This document shows positions 18,900 through 29,154 of a DNA stretch of 64,000 nt, piece after piece. The notes under the pieces were generated by a model. It searched no databases. It had not been told where the DNA came from and saw only the letters and a program-made list of their open reading frames with translations. This DNA comes from an uncultured Acidobacteriota bacterium. Lineage in GTDB: Bacteria > Acidobacteriota > UBA6911 > RPQK01 > JAPXNP01. Positions within the stretch are counted from its first letter, which is position 1; every line of letters begins with the position of its first letter. Made by a program: the position numbers and the translations under genes. The stretch lies in the NCBI GenBank assembly GCA_963823995.1, contig CAWGNQ010000005.1, positions 706,510 to 770,509 on the forward strand, written 5' to 3'.

Positions 18900-20072
18900 A
18901 TGCACGAGCGATCACTGAAAGCCCGACTTCTCTTTGGCGTGCTCGCCTTCATCCTGCTCATCGGAGTCGGCCGGGCCGCCATTTCCAGCCAGGACTTCGA
19001 TGAGCTGGCCAGAAAGGCCGCCCGCCAACGCACCTCGGGACAGCTCGATGAAGCGGTCGGTCTGTATCGAAAACTCGTGGATTCCCGGCCCAATTGGCAG
19101 GAGGGCTGGTGGCGACTCGGCACGAGCCTCTACGACCTTGGCCGCTACGACGAAGCCCTCAGGGTCTTCCAGGATATGGTCTCCCGCTGGCCGTATCACG
19201 GACCGGCCATCGGCCTCATCGGCCTTTGCCAGTTTCAACTCAGAGAGTATGAACGCGCACTTCAGAACTTTCAGAAGGGGCACGTCCTCGGATTCGGAGA
19301 CAACCCCGCCCTGGTCTCGACCATCCGTTACCATGCCGCCATCGTCCTGAATCGTCTCGAGCGCTTTGAGGCAGCCTATGCGGCCTTGAAGACCTTTGCC
19401 CTCGAAGGCACCAGGAGCAGAGGGATTGTCGAAGCCTTCGGCCTGAGCGTCCTTCGGATGGCTTATCTGCCGGAGGAGACCCCGAGCCAAAAGAAAGCCG
19501 TCGTAACGGCGGCAGGCCGCGCCGCGTGGGAAGCGGAGCATGGCAATCGCGAGGCAGCCGACGAGCTCTACCGACAGCTCATTGCCGATTTCCCCGATCA
19601 GCCGAATGTCCACTATGCATACGGCCGTTACCTGCTCGCCCTCGATCCCGGCCCCGCACTCGAGCAGTTCAAACAGGAGCTCGAGCGGGAGCCCGACAAC
19701 GCGACCGTCCTCCTCCAGATCGCTCTCGAGTACATTCAGGAGGGCCGTTTCGAGGAAGCCCGACCTTACGCCGAGCGGGCGGTTTCAGCCGATCCCGGGC
19801 AATATGCCGCTCACAGCGCGGTCGGCCAGATCCTGCTGGAGCTGGGCAAAACCGACGAAGCCATCCGCGAGCTCGAACGTTCCCTCGAGTTGGAGCCCCT
19901 GAGCCCTGAAAGCCATTATCTGTTGGCACAGGCGTACCTCAAGGTCGGAAGGAAGGAGGAAGCGCTGCAGCAGAATGCCGAATTCAAACGCCTCTACGAA
20001 ATGAGGCGGCAGGCCGATCAGGAGATTTTGGGATCCCGGGTCGAAGCTCCCTCGTCTGCGCCACGCCATTAG
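18900..20072 (+). CDS. secreted TPR-repeat protein, paralog family A (copy 2)
   Basis: Collinear similarity to 17478-18665 and 20079-21236 products; RBS ggag 9 nt before ATG 18900. Confidence 0.8.
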   Translation: MHERSLKARLLFGVLAFILLIGVGRAAISSQDFDELARKAARQRTSGQLDEAVGLYRKLVDSRPNWQEGWWRLGTSLYDLGRYDEALRVFQDMVSRWPYHGPAIGLIGLCQFQLREYERALQNFQKGHVLGFGDNPALVSTIRYHAAIVLNRLERFEAAYAALKTFALEGTRSRGIVEAFGLSVLRMAYLPEETPSQKKAVVTAAGRAAWEAEHGNREAADELYRQLIADFPDQPNVHYAYGRYLLALDPGPALEQFKQELEREPDNATVLLQIALEYIQEGRFEEARPYAERAVSADPGQYAAHSAVGQILLELGKTDEAIRELERSLELEPLSPESHYLLAQAYLKVGRKEEALQQNAEFKRLYEMRRQADQEILGSRVEAPSSAPRH

Positions 20073-20078
20073 CGCAAA

Positions 20079-21236
20079 TCATTGCAGGATCTGCATGGAC
20101 TCTTTCTTGAGCTTGGAGAGACGTTCGAATTCCGCTCGCTCCCGGGCGGCCTCATCTTTCATCCCCGCCTTCTGGTAGGCACGTGCCAGCGTGAAGCGGA
20201 CTTCGGGTGACATCGGATCCAGTTCGGCCGCCTTCTTCAATGCGTCGAGCGCCTCCGGCAGTTGACCCTCCTCGAACCGAATCTGACCCAGGGCATAGTA
20301 TGCAACGAACGAAGAAGGATCGATCTGAAGCGCCTGCTCGGCATAGGGGAGCGCCTCATCGAAACGCCCCAGTTCGATGTAGCCCATGGCAAGCTGAAGC
20401 AGCGACGGGAGATGGTTCGGTGAGACCTTCAGCTCGGCCTCGAACTGCCCCATGGCGTCGTCACGGCTGTGCCCCTGCAGACCTCGCATTGCGGACAAGG
20501 CAGCGCCGAAGGCATAGTGAACGATCGGTTCTTCCGGATACTGTTCAACGAGCTTTTGATACGCCTTTTCGGCGGCATCGAAGTGATAGGCTGCAGCCTC
20601 GTACGCGGCAGTGCCCGCCTCGAGGATGAGCTCCCGCCGCTTGGGGGGCACCTCGGTTGGCAGCCAGTTCATTCTCAACGACGCCAAGCCAAAGGCTTCG
20701 ATAATATCTGGAGTTCGTATATCATTGATGGCAAATGCTTTAAGAGCCTCAAGAGCATCCTCGAAGCGACCCTTGTGACTGAGAAGGATGGCCAAATGGT
20801 AGCGAACGACGACCTCGAGCTGGGCATTCTGGCCGACTCCGATGCTTCGAGCCTTCCTAAGACTCGAAAGAGCGGAATCGTATTCGCCGGTCCGAAAGTC
20901 GCAGAGACCGAGAAAAGCCCAACCCAGCCCATTCTCCGGAGCAAGCTCGACGAGCCTCTCGAAGTAATCCCTGGCTTCCGCATGGCGATCGCCGTCATAG
21001 AGGAGAGTGCCGAGGTACCACAGCCCCTCCAGCCATTCAGGACGAAGCTCGACGGCCTGGCGGTAGAGCTTGACCGCATCGATCAGACGGCCCGCTTCAC
21101 GGGCTTCGGCGGCCTGCCTCGAAACCGTCTCGAAGTCCCCGCAAGACACGTCTACCCCGAATAGCACGGGAAAGGCAAGCAGGGCAAGCAGGGCGACGAC
21201 GGTTCGCCCTCTACGATGACCAGTGCGCAGCAACAT
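20079..21236 (-). CDS. secreted TPR-repeat protein, paralog family A (copy 3)
   Basis: LWYLGTLLYD, VRYHLAIL, VHYAFG, C-terminal RERAEFERLSKLKKE. Confidence 0.8.
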   Translation of the reverse strand: MLLRTGHRRGRTVVALLALLAFPVLFGVDVSCGDFETVSRQAAEAREAGRLIDAVKLYRQAVELRPEWLEGLWYLGTLLYDGDRHAEARDYFERLVELAPENGLGWAFLGLCDFRTGEYDSALSSLRKARSIGVGQNAQLEVVVRYHLAILLSHKGRFEDALEALKAFAINDIRTPDIIEAFGLASLRMNWLPTEVPPKRRELILEAGTAAYEAAAYHFDAAEKAYQKLVEQYPEEPIVHYAFGAALSAMRGLQGHSRDDAMGQFEAELKVSPNHLPSLLQLAMGYIELGRFDEALPYAEQALQIDPSSFVAYYALGQIRFEEGQLPEALDALKKAAELDPMSPEVRFTLARAYQKAGMKDEAARERAEFERLSKLKKESMQILQ

Positions 21237-21456
21237 CTGAATAGAGTCGGAATTTTAGCACACTCATCGGCATCGGCAGACGCGCCCGGCGTCGAACGCG
21301 ACTCCCCCGGTGTCACGCACATTCCCCGGGAAAATGTAGTTGCCCGCCGGCCGGGGATCCCTGCGCGTCGCTCAGGCGATCCGGTTTGACTCCGCAGGCC
21401 GCAAGCCCTAACATGGGATTCTGCCATAAGGATATCCATTCCAGGTGGGGAACCCA

Positions 21457-22302
21457 ATGAACATACATTTGTATCGATTCGCAGTCGCTCTCGTGTGCCC
21501 CCTTCTCTTGACTCCCTCTTTTCTGGCGGCAGCCGATAAGCCGACCGTCGACGAGATCATTCAGAACCATCTCAAGAATCTCACCTCCGGAGATCCGGCC
21601 GAGATGACCAAGCCGAAAGCGGCCGTCGGGCAGGCCAGGATGAAGATTCTGACTGGCAGCGGCGAGGTGCAGGGTAAGGTCCAGCTCGTAAGCGCCTTGA
21701 ATTACCTTCAGCTGAAGCTGGCGTACCCGGACCCCAACTACCCGCGCGACGGCTTTACTCTCCGTCCGGACGGCGAAATCGTCCCGGAAAAGGTCGAGGC
21801 CGACAACTACGGATGGCTGGGAGGCTTCTTCTATTCCAACAAGGACATCGTGCGAAGCGGCTTCGTGGGCGGCGTCGATTCGTCGGCCTGGCCGTTCCTA
21901 CGGAAGGACCCCGACGTCAAGTGCGACTACGATGGCGAGGAGAAGGTCGAGGGAGACAAGACGTACAAACTGAAGTGCCGGGTCAACAGCCTCATCACGG
22001 CGACGCTCTACTTCGACCAGAAGAACTACCGGCTCCTGCAGACAGTCTATCGGATCCCGCCGACTCCCCAAATGTCGACGGACCTCGGCAACATCAACAA
22101 CTCCTCGCAGCGTGCCGACAACGGCAACGCCTTGCTGACCACGCGATTCAAGGATTACAACAGGGTCGGGGACCACGAGTTTGCGGCCCGTCTGATCATC
22201 GACCTCGAATATCGGGGAGAAGGCTCCATCAAGGTCAGGTGGGAGATCGTTTTCCAAAACGTCGTCCCCGTAACGCTCAATCTGGACAACGGCAACAAAT
22301 AG
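21457..22302 (+). CDS. secreted hypothetical protein
   Basis: RBS aggtgggg before ATG 21457; signal peptide MNIHLYRFAVALVCPLLLTPSFLAAA; no recognisable domain. Confidence 0.55.
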   Translation: MNIHLYRFAVALVCPLLLTPSFLAAADKPTVDEIIQNHLKNLTSGDPAEMTKPKAAVGQARMKILTGSGEVQGKVQLVSALNYLQLKLAYPDPNYPRDGFTLRPDGEIVPEKVEADNYGWLGGFFYSNKDIVRSGFVGGVDSSAWPFLRKDPDVKCDYDGEEKVEGDKTYKLKCRVNSLITATLYFDQKNYRLLQTVYRIPPTPQMSTDLGNINNSSQRADNGNALLTTRFKDYNRVGDHEFAARLIIDLEYRGEGSIKVRWEIVFQNVVPVTLNLDNGNK

Positions 22303-22384
22303 CCTTCCGCTGGCCTCCCGGGCCGGGGCCCTTGCCGGAAAGGCCGAGGGCCGCAAACGAGCAGCAAACGCGGCTGCATTTCGG

Positions 22385-23393
22385 CACCGTCAGTGCCGGA
22401 ACGAAGTGAGGGTTTCACCAAAGCCCATCCGCCGCTCCCCACCATTCCCGCACACACCACCGGAGTTACCGCTGCTGTTCATCCGGGATGGACCGGCCGA
22501 AACCGCACCGTCAGTGCCGGAACGAAGTGAGGGTTTCACCAAAGCCCATCCGCCGCTCCCCACCATTCCCGCAACCACCGGAGTCGCCGCCTGTGTTCAT
22601 CCGGGATGGACCGGCCGAAACCGCACCGTCAGAGCCGGAACGAAGTGAGGGTTTCACCAAAGCCCATCCGCCGCTCCCCACCATTCCCGCACACACCACC
22701 GGAGTTACCGCTGCTGTTCATCCGGGATGGACCGGCCGAAACCGCACCGTCAGAGCCGGAACGAAGTGAGGGTTTCACCAAAGCCCAACCGCCGCTCCCC
22801 ACCATTCCCGCAACCACCGCCGGAGTCGCCGCCTGTGTTCATCCGGGATGGACCGGCCGAAACCGCACCGTCAGAGCCGGAACGAAGTGAGGGTTTCACC
22901 AAAGCCCATCCGCCGCTCCCCACTATTCCCGCACACACCACCGGAGTTACCGCTGCTGTTCATCCGGGATGGACCGGCCGAAACCGCACCGTCAGAGCCG
23001 GAACGAAGTGAGGGTTTCACCAAAGCCCATCCGCCGCTCCCCACCATTCCCGCACACACCGCCGGAGTTGCCGCCGCTGTTCATCCGGGATGGAACGGCC
23101 GAAACCGCACCGTCAGTGCCGGAACGAAGTGAGGGTTTCACCAAAGCCCAACCGCCGCTCCCCACCATTCCCGCACACACCACCGGAGTTACCGCCGCTG
23201 TTCATCCGGGATGGAACGGCCGAAACCGCACCGTCAGAGCCGGAACGAAGTGAGGGTTTCACCAAAGCCCATCCGCCGCTCCCCACCATTCCCGCGAACA
23301 CCGCCGGGGTCGCCGCCGGTGATCATCCGGGATGGAAAGCCGGGCATTCGGCGACCGCACAGGGGGTCCCTCACTTCGTTCCGGCTCTGACGG
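22385..23393. repeat. tandem array of eight ~121-bp units plus a degenerate terminal unit, bounded by MITE-type terminal inverted repeats
   Basis: Unit: caccgtcag[t/a]gccggaacgaagtgagggtttcaccaaagccc...ccgaaaccg. Periods 121/118/121... Two unit variants (acacaccaccggagttaccgctgctg vs aaccaccggagtcgccgcctgtg) alternate. Array ends with the inverse arm ggtccctcacttcgttccggctctgacggtg (23361-23391). Confidence 0.85.
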
Positions 23394-23411
23394 TGTCGGT
23401 TGTGCGCCCCC

Positions 23412-23456
23412 CCCCGAAAAAGAGAAAAGGCGGCCTCCCGAAGGAGGCCGCCTTTG
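23412..23456 (-). terminator. rho-independent terminator of the OM receptor gene
   Basis: ggcggcctcc-cgaa-ggaggccgcc perfect 10-bp stem followed (on minus strand) by uuuucucuuuuuc. Confidence 0.6.
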
Positions 23457-23483
23457 AGCGTTCACTTATCCGGCTCGCGGAAA

Positions 23484-26400
23484 CTAGAAGTAGAACTTCA
23501 ATGCGACCTCGATGACGCGGTGGCCGTGCTTGTTGGTGACTTGTCCAAACTCGTTGGAGCCACCTGGGAGATACGCAGAGTCAAAGGAGAATCCTTGCGT
23601 CGGATCGCACGTGTCAACGGTTCCACCCACCCCATTCGGAACACCAGTGACTGAGACGTTACACGTGGTGTTGAGACCGAGACGGATGTCCGTGTTCCCA
23701 TTGGTCAGCACCGGGTACGCCTGATTGAACAGGTTAAAGAAGCCGGCCCGGAACTGGAGCCGACGATCCTCGCCAAAGTCGAAGTCCTTGAAGAGGGAAA
23801 CGTCGAAATTCCAGCGAGAAGGCGTCCTCATGTAGTAGGGCGGTGCGAACGGCCCGCTGGTCCCGAAGGCCGGGATCTGCACGCAACTCATGTCGAGATA
23901 CGAGTCGCCCACTTCCGAGCTCGAATTGGCCTGCGGATTACAGGTGTAGACGGGAGCGTTCGCCGTTCTGTAGGCATTCGTCCCAAAGGCCGCCTGCTCA
24001 TAGTCATCACCGCCGGCCGACCCACCGAGCGTTAGCCGAATCGGAGTACCCGACTGGAAGGTGTTGATGCCCGACATCTGCCATCCGTCGAAGACCGCCT
24101 GGGTGAAGCCGTTGCGGAATCCACCCATGGCCAGACTCGGCACCTGATACGTGTACGACAGGTTGAAGATGTGCGTACGGTCGTAGTTCAGAATACCGTA
24201 ATCCCGGTTTCGGACATCCACCGGATCCACCGGCTGGTTGTCGCCGGCCAGCCCGGAACCCAACACCTTTGAGAAGGTGTAAGTCGCATAGTACTGGAAC
24301 CGCTCGCCCGCCTGACGCCGCAGTGTGACCTGCAACGAGTGGTAGTTCGACGACTGGGAGTACTCGGAGTTGTTGATGGTCCCAAAACCCTCGAACGGAC
24401 GGAAAAGAGCCAGCGCCTGGTCATCGAGAGCATAGCGGTTGACCGGGACCGTAAGATCCGAGTTACCCACCGTGCCGCTCAACAACGCCCCTTCCGGGAT
24501 GATGTTGAGGTCACGATAGCCGAACAGATGGCGTCCCCGTGTTCCGACATATGCGGTTTCGAGGATGTTGTCATAGGGCAACCGCGTGGCAACCGAAAAG
24601 CTCATGCTGATCGTCTGCGGGATTTCGACACGTCCGAACGTCTGGGTACCGGTACTGACCGAACCAAGGCGGGCGAACGGGTCGATTTGGCTCATATTAT
24701 TGTAGTTGATCAGCGATCCGTCGGCAAAACCGCCGGAATCATAGTTGATGCCGCCGCTGTTGAAGCGATTCGGCGGTGTATTCAGGATCCAGTACTGGCT
24801 GTTCCCCTGCGGGCGGTTGTAGAAGATGCCGCCACCGGAACGAATCACCAGACTCGCATCGCCGCGCACATCCCAGGCAAAACCAACTCGAGGCATCCAC
24901 AGCGGGTGTGGGTCCTGACTGATCCCCTTGGGAATCTCACCATCGGAGGCAAAAAGCATCCCGTTCGGACGGAACACATCGCCACCCGGGTAAGTCCCGC
25001 CTCCAGGAATGTAGGCATCCGGAGAGAAAGCAACCGCCAGACCGTCTCGCTCGATGTTGTTCGGCCAATAACCGACACGCAGGCCGAGTTCGAGCGTCAA
25101 GCCCGGCCTCACCTTCCAGTTGTCCTGGACGAATCCTTCAACATTCCAGTAGCGGAAATGGCCCACAGGGCCGCTCGTGGTCTGGAAGATCTGTTCAGGA
25201 TGGCCGACCAGCAGGTCGCCAAAGCTGTTGCCGGTCGTACCCCGAACCCAGCTACTGTCTCCCTGGATTGCAAAACCGCCTTCGTCGTCGCCGTTGAAGT
25301 TCTGGATTTTGTTCGCCTGCTCGACGTAACCGCCGAACTTCAGGGCGTGGGCGTTCATCACCTTGTTGACATTGTCGTTCAACGAAATGCTGTCGTTGTG
25401 GGCAAACATCGGCAAACCGCCGGGCTCCCACATGTTGCCGCCCGGGCTGCCCCACATCTGGTAGTTGATGGGGACATAATCGTTCCGGATCAATGCAGGA
25501 TCGAACAACATCTCGTAGTCGCCGAGTCCCAGGGTGGACAGTCGCAGCGATTCGGGATCCTTGTAATCGTTGTCGAGCTTCAACCGGCTGAGGCTAACCA
25601 GCAACTCGTTCGTGGTCGTCGGATTGAGAACCGAAACGAGGTTACCCGATGCGGACCGGCCTAGATTCGTACCCAGAACATGAGACGGCAACTCGAAGTT
25701 GCTCGCCGCCCACCACAGGCCGCGCGCGAAGTCCTGATCCTCGGTCTCGCGGCCAAGGCGAACATACAATTTCGTGTTGTCGGTGAAGTTGTAGTCGAAG
25801 CGCATGATCAGCTGCATGCGGTTAGTCGGGGTCAGCGCGGAATAAAAGTAATTGTAGCGATCATTCCCCGACAGGTTCGGCGTGGGGTAGATGTTCATGA
25901 ACACGAGGCCTTCGGGGGTGGTGTAGTCCGTCAGATCGTTGTTCGGCGCAGGTATTCCCGTTTCCGCTCCCGAAGCCCAGACCGGAAGGTTGACTTGGGA
26001 CGGCTGAGCCAGATAGCTGTCGCGGCCAAGAAATTCGCTGAAGTCTCCGGTCCGCTGCGCCAGCGTCGGAACGACGCCCTGGCTTCCGCCCGTGTCGACC
26101 TGCTGCCGCTGCCATTCCATGCCGACGAAGAAGAACAGCTTGTCACGGTCTTTGTTGAAGTTCGTCCCCGGGATGAGCACCGGACCTCCGACGTTAAAGC
26201 CGGGGTACTGGTACTTGCTCAACGGGCGTTCGATCCCGAAGTAGTTGCGCGAGCGGTCATTTGCGGCCAGCTTGTAGTGCCGGAGGTAGTCATAGACGGT
26301 TCCGTGGAAGTCACTGGTGCCACCCTTGGTGACCGCCGAGATCTGCACACCGCTCGTGCCGTATTCGGCAGAGTAGTTCGAGGTCTGAACCGTAACTTCC

Positions 26401-27083
26401 TGGACCATTTCGGGGTTGGCCGTCAACATGGTCCCGTTGTTCGATCCGATGTCCAGCATCTGGGATCCGTCGATCTGGACCTGGTTATTGATGCCCCGAA
26501 CGCCGTTGACGTTGTAGCTGTTGTTTGCGTTGGCACCTCCACCGAAGGACACGCTCTCCAGCTGAGACTGATCCGGAGCAACGACACCGGGAAGGACCCG
26601 GAGAAGTTCGAGGGAACTCCGGCTGATGATCGACAGGTTGTCGATCTGCTGGCTGGTGATGGTGTCCGACTGGGTCGGGGTTTCCGTCTTGATGAACTCA
26701 GACTGGGAAACCACCTGCACCGTTTCCGACATTTCGCCCAGCTGGAGCGTGGCCGTCACGCCTCGGGTTTCACTCGGGCTCAAACTGATGTTGGTATTCT
26801 CGTACTTCTTGAACCCGGGTAATTCGATCGTCAGCGTGTACGATCCGGGACGCACGGCAGCGAAGAGGAAGCCCCCCTGGGCATCCGTGACCGTCGTACG
26901 CCTGTCACCGGTCGCCGTGTAAATCAACGTCACATCGGCGCCCGGCACGACTGCTCCAGTCGGATCCTTTACAGTTCCCCGTATTGATCCGTTACCCGCC
27001 GTCTGCGCCACCACCTGGAAGCTCAGACAGAGGATAAGAGCCAGAAATAGAACTAGGTTACGTAAGTTGTGTCCCTTCAACAA
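23484..27083 (-). CDS. CarboxypepD_reg/Plug-containing TonB-dependent-type outer membrane receptor
   Basis: Signal peptide; GSIRGTVKDPTGAVVPGADVTL...DAQGGFLF (CarboxypepD_reg); plug-like region; 1199 aa; C-terminal ...ALKFYF. Confidence 0.8.
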   Translation of the reverse strand: MLKGHNLRNLVLFLALILCLSFQVVAQTAGNGSIRGTVKDPTGAVVPGADVTLIYTATGDRRTTVTDAQGGFLFAAVRPGSYTLTIELPGFKKYENTNISLSPSETRGVTATLQLGEMSETVQVVSQSEFIKTETPTQSDTITSQQIDNLSIISRSSLELLRVLPGVVAPDQSQLESVSFGGGANANNSYNVNGVRGINNQVQIDGSQMLDIGSNNGTMLTANPEMVQEVTVQTSNYSAEYGTSGVQISAVTKGGTSDFHGTVYDYLRHYKLAANDRSRNYFGIERPLSKYQYPGFNVGGPVLIPGTNFNKDRDKLFFFVGMEWQRQQVDTGGSQGVVPTLAQRTGDFSEFLGRDSYLAQPSQVNLPVWASGAETGIPAPNNDLTDYTTPEGLVFMNIYPTPNLSGNDRYNYFYSALTPTNRMQLIMRFDYNFTDNTKLYVRLGRETEDQDFARGLWWAASNFELPSHVLGTNLGRSASGNLVSVLNPTTTNELLVSLSRLKLDNDYKDPESLRLSTLGLGDYEMLFDPALIRNDYVPINYQMWGSPGGNMWEPGGLPMFAHNDSISLNDNVNKVMNAHALKFGGYVEQANKIQNFNGDDEGGFAIQGDSSWVRGTTGNSFGDLLVGHPEQIFQTTSGPVGHFRYWNVEGFVQDNWKVRPGLTLELGLRVGYWPNNIERDGLAVAFSPDAYIPGGGTYPGGDVFRPNGMLFASDGEIPKGISQDPHPLWMPRVGFAWDVRGDASLVIRSGGGIFYNRPQGNSQYWILNTPPNRFNSGGINYDSGGFADGSLINYNNMSQIDPFARLGSVSTGTQTFGRVEIPQTISMSFSVATRLPYDNILETAYVGTRGRHLFGYRDLNIIPEGALLSGTVGNSDLTVPVNRYALDDQALALFRPFEGFGTINNSEYSQSSNYHSLQVTLRRQAGERFQYYATYTFSKVLGSGLAGDNQPVDPVDVRNRDYGILNYDRTHIFNLSYTYQVPSLAMGGFRNGFTQAVFDGWQMSGINTFQSGTPIRLTLGGSAGGDDYEQAAFGTNAYRTANAPVYTCNPQANSSSEVGDSYLDMSCVQIPAFGTSGPFAPPYYMRTPSRWNFDVSLFKDFDFGEDRRLQFRAGFFNLFNQAYPVLTNGNTDIRLGLNTTCNVSVTGVPNGVGGTVDTCDPTQGFSFDSAYLPGGSNEFGQVTNKHGHRVIEVALKFYF

Positions 27084-27475
27084 TTTCCCTCCTTCGATGA
27101 GATTCTCGGAGTACGTGCGGCAGACACCATACCCCTCACACTAACGTCTCATCTGGGCCTATGATATGCGGGAGGGGCTGACGTCGCAAGGAAAATTTCG
27201 GGCTTTTTCTCTTTTTCTTCGCAGTGTTGGGAACTCGACAGGATCATCCAAGCCGGAGGTTCGGTGGGCGCGTCACGCGTTCCCGAGAGCGGTCGAATCT
27301 GAACGTTTCTTCCCCCAGGAAGGGTCCAAATCGATGGGTAGAGTGTAGTATAAGGAAGCAATTGCGGCGGCAGACGAGGTATCGGAAGGAACAGACACCA
27401 GTCTCGGGCTTCCAGGTCTCGTCGGGTGGCTATTTCCCGCTCGGGCCCCGCAGTGTTGTTATCCGAACAGTTTCC

Positions 27476-29149
27476 ATGCGAGAGAACCCTATGGAAAGGC
27501 TCAAACTCAAGTTGCTCGCGTTCGCGATTTCCTCGACTTTCATTGTTTCGTTCTTCCCGGTGACGACGTTCGCACAGTCCGATTCGAGCAGACGGGACAG
27601 CGGAAAGTTGGCTCAAGAGGAAGCCGTCGACTACTACGGAAAGTGGCTCAACGAAGACGTGGTCTACATCATCACGCCGGAAGAGCGGAAAGTCTTCGAA
27701 GGTCTGACGACCCCCGAGGAAAAGGAGCGGTTCATCGAGCAGTTCTGGCTGCGACGCGATCCGGATCGTACGACCAAGGTGAATGAGTTCAAGGAAGAGC
27801 ACTATCGCAGGATCGCCTACGCGAACGAAAACTTCACATCGGGGATCGAAGGCTGGCGGTCGGACCGCGGGAGGATCTACATCATCCAGGGTCCCGCCGA
27901 TGAGGTGAAGTCGTTCACGGCCGGGCACCACCTCAATCGAGACTACAGCGAGGGGGGTGGAAGTACGCGGACCTACCCTTACGAGGTCTGGCGGTACCGC
28001 CACATCGACGGACTCGGCGACGACGTCGAACTGGAGTTCGTCGACAAGACCTTTTCCGGTTCTTTTCAGCTGGCCGTGACTCCATGGGACAAGGATCTTC
28101 TGTTGAACACTCCGGGCAGTGGCCTCACGATTGCAGAGATGTACGGCTCCGCGACCCGCGCCGATCATCCCTTCCACAATTGGTCGGTCCAGCACCAGGA
28201 CGAGTATCCGGGCCTGGCGCCTCGCAGCGGCAATCGCCCTTTCGAACGCATGGAGAGATACTTCAAGTCCCAGCGACCCCAGCAGATCAAATACGACGAT
28301 CTGAAGGAAGTCGTGCAGGTCAGCCTCAACTACGATGAGCTTCCCTTCCAGGTCCGCGAGGACTACATTCGGTTGAATGAGGCCCAGACCGTCGTACCGA
28401 TTACGCTCGAGTGGCGCAACAAGGACCTGACGTTCTCACCGGTTCCTGAAACCAACTCCTCCCAGGCCAAGATTGCCGTCTACGGCATCGTCACAGGCCT
28501 GTCGAATGAAGTGATCACGGAATTCGACGACGACGTCGTCAGCAGTTACGGTCCGGAGCAGAAAAACCTAATCACCCAGGGCAGCTCCATGTATCAGAAG
28601 GTCCTTTCGCTCGAGGCCGGAAACCGCTACAAGCTGACCCTGGTCACCAAGGACCTGAATGCCAATCGGACCGGTGTCAAGGACCTGGGACTGATCCTCC
28701 CCAAATTCGACAGACAGGGCCTGACGCTGAGCCCGGTCATTCTCTCTAACTTCGTGCGGCGTCTCGAGGGACCCGATCTCGAGAAGGACAACCTGATGTT
28801 CGTGCTCGGAGACCTCTGGATCCGGCCAAGCGTCGATCGGGAGTTCCAGCAGGGACAGGATATGGGGATCTACGTCCAGGCATACAACGCGGCGTTGGAC
28901 AGCCAGACGATGCAGCCTAACCTGGAGATCACCTATCACCTTGAAGGCGCGGACGACGTCGAACTCAATTTGGACGACCGCTCGGGCAAGGCGGTCGATT
29001 ACTTCTCAGCGCAGCGGGTCGTGCTCCTGAAGATCCTGCGTCTTTCGGAACTGCCTCCGGGCAAGTACTCGCTTGTCGTGGATGTCCTCGACCGGATCAC
29101 GGGCGCGAAGGCGTCGGTCCGCGAGCGCTTCTCGATCACCAAGAGCTGA
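27476..29149 (+). CDS. GWxTD-domain protein (copy 1)
   Basis: MRENPMERLKLKLLAFAISS signal; EEKERFIEQFWLRRDP; GWRSDRGRIYIIQG (GWxTD motif). Track ORF 27224 includes upstream junk. Confidence 0.8.
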   Translation: MRENPMERLKLKLLAFAISSTFIVSFFPVTTFAQSDSSRRDSGKLAQEEAVDYYGKWLNEDVVYIITPEERKVFEGLTTPEEKERFIEQFWLRRDPDRTTKVNEFKEEHYRRIAYANENFTSGIEGWRSDRGRIYIIQGPADEVKSFTAGHHLNRDYSEGGGSTRTYPYEVWRYRHIDGLGDDVELEFVDKTFSGSFQLAVTPWDKDLLLNTPGSGLTIAEMYGSATRADHPFHNWSVQHQDEYPGLAPRSGNRPFERMERYFKSQRPQQIKYDDLKEVVQVSLNYDELPFQVREDYIRLNEAQTVVPITLEWRNKDLTFSPVPETNSSQAKIAVYGIVTGLSNEVITEFDDDVVSSYGPEQKNLITQGSSMYQKVLSLEAGNRYKLTLVTKDLNANRTGVKDLGLILPKFDRQGLTLSPVILSNFVRRLEGPDLEKDNLMFVLGDLWIRPSVDREFQQGQDMGIYVQAYNAALDSQTMQPNLEITYHLEGADDVELNLDDRSGKAVDYFSAQRVVLLKILRLSELPPGKYSLVVDVLDRITGAKASVRERFSITKS

Positions 29150-29154
29150 ATACA

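Noticed and set aside
22385-23393. Tandem array considered as a CRISPR locus
   Set aside because: Units are 121 bp and contiguous, with no unique spacers between them. No cas genes in the window.
22406-23515. Series of overlapping 94-aa (+) and 62-aa (-) ORFs across the 121-bp tandem array
   Set aside because: The ORFs recur with the repeat period, which is 121 bp and not divisible by 3. No start or RBS context. They are artefacts of repetitive DNA.
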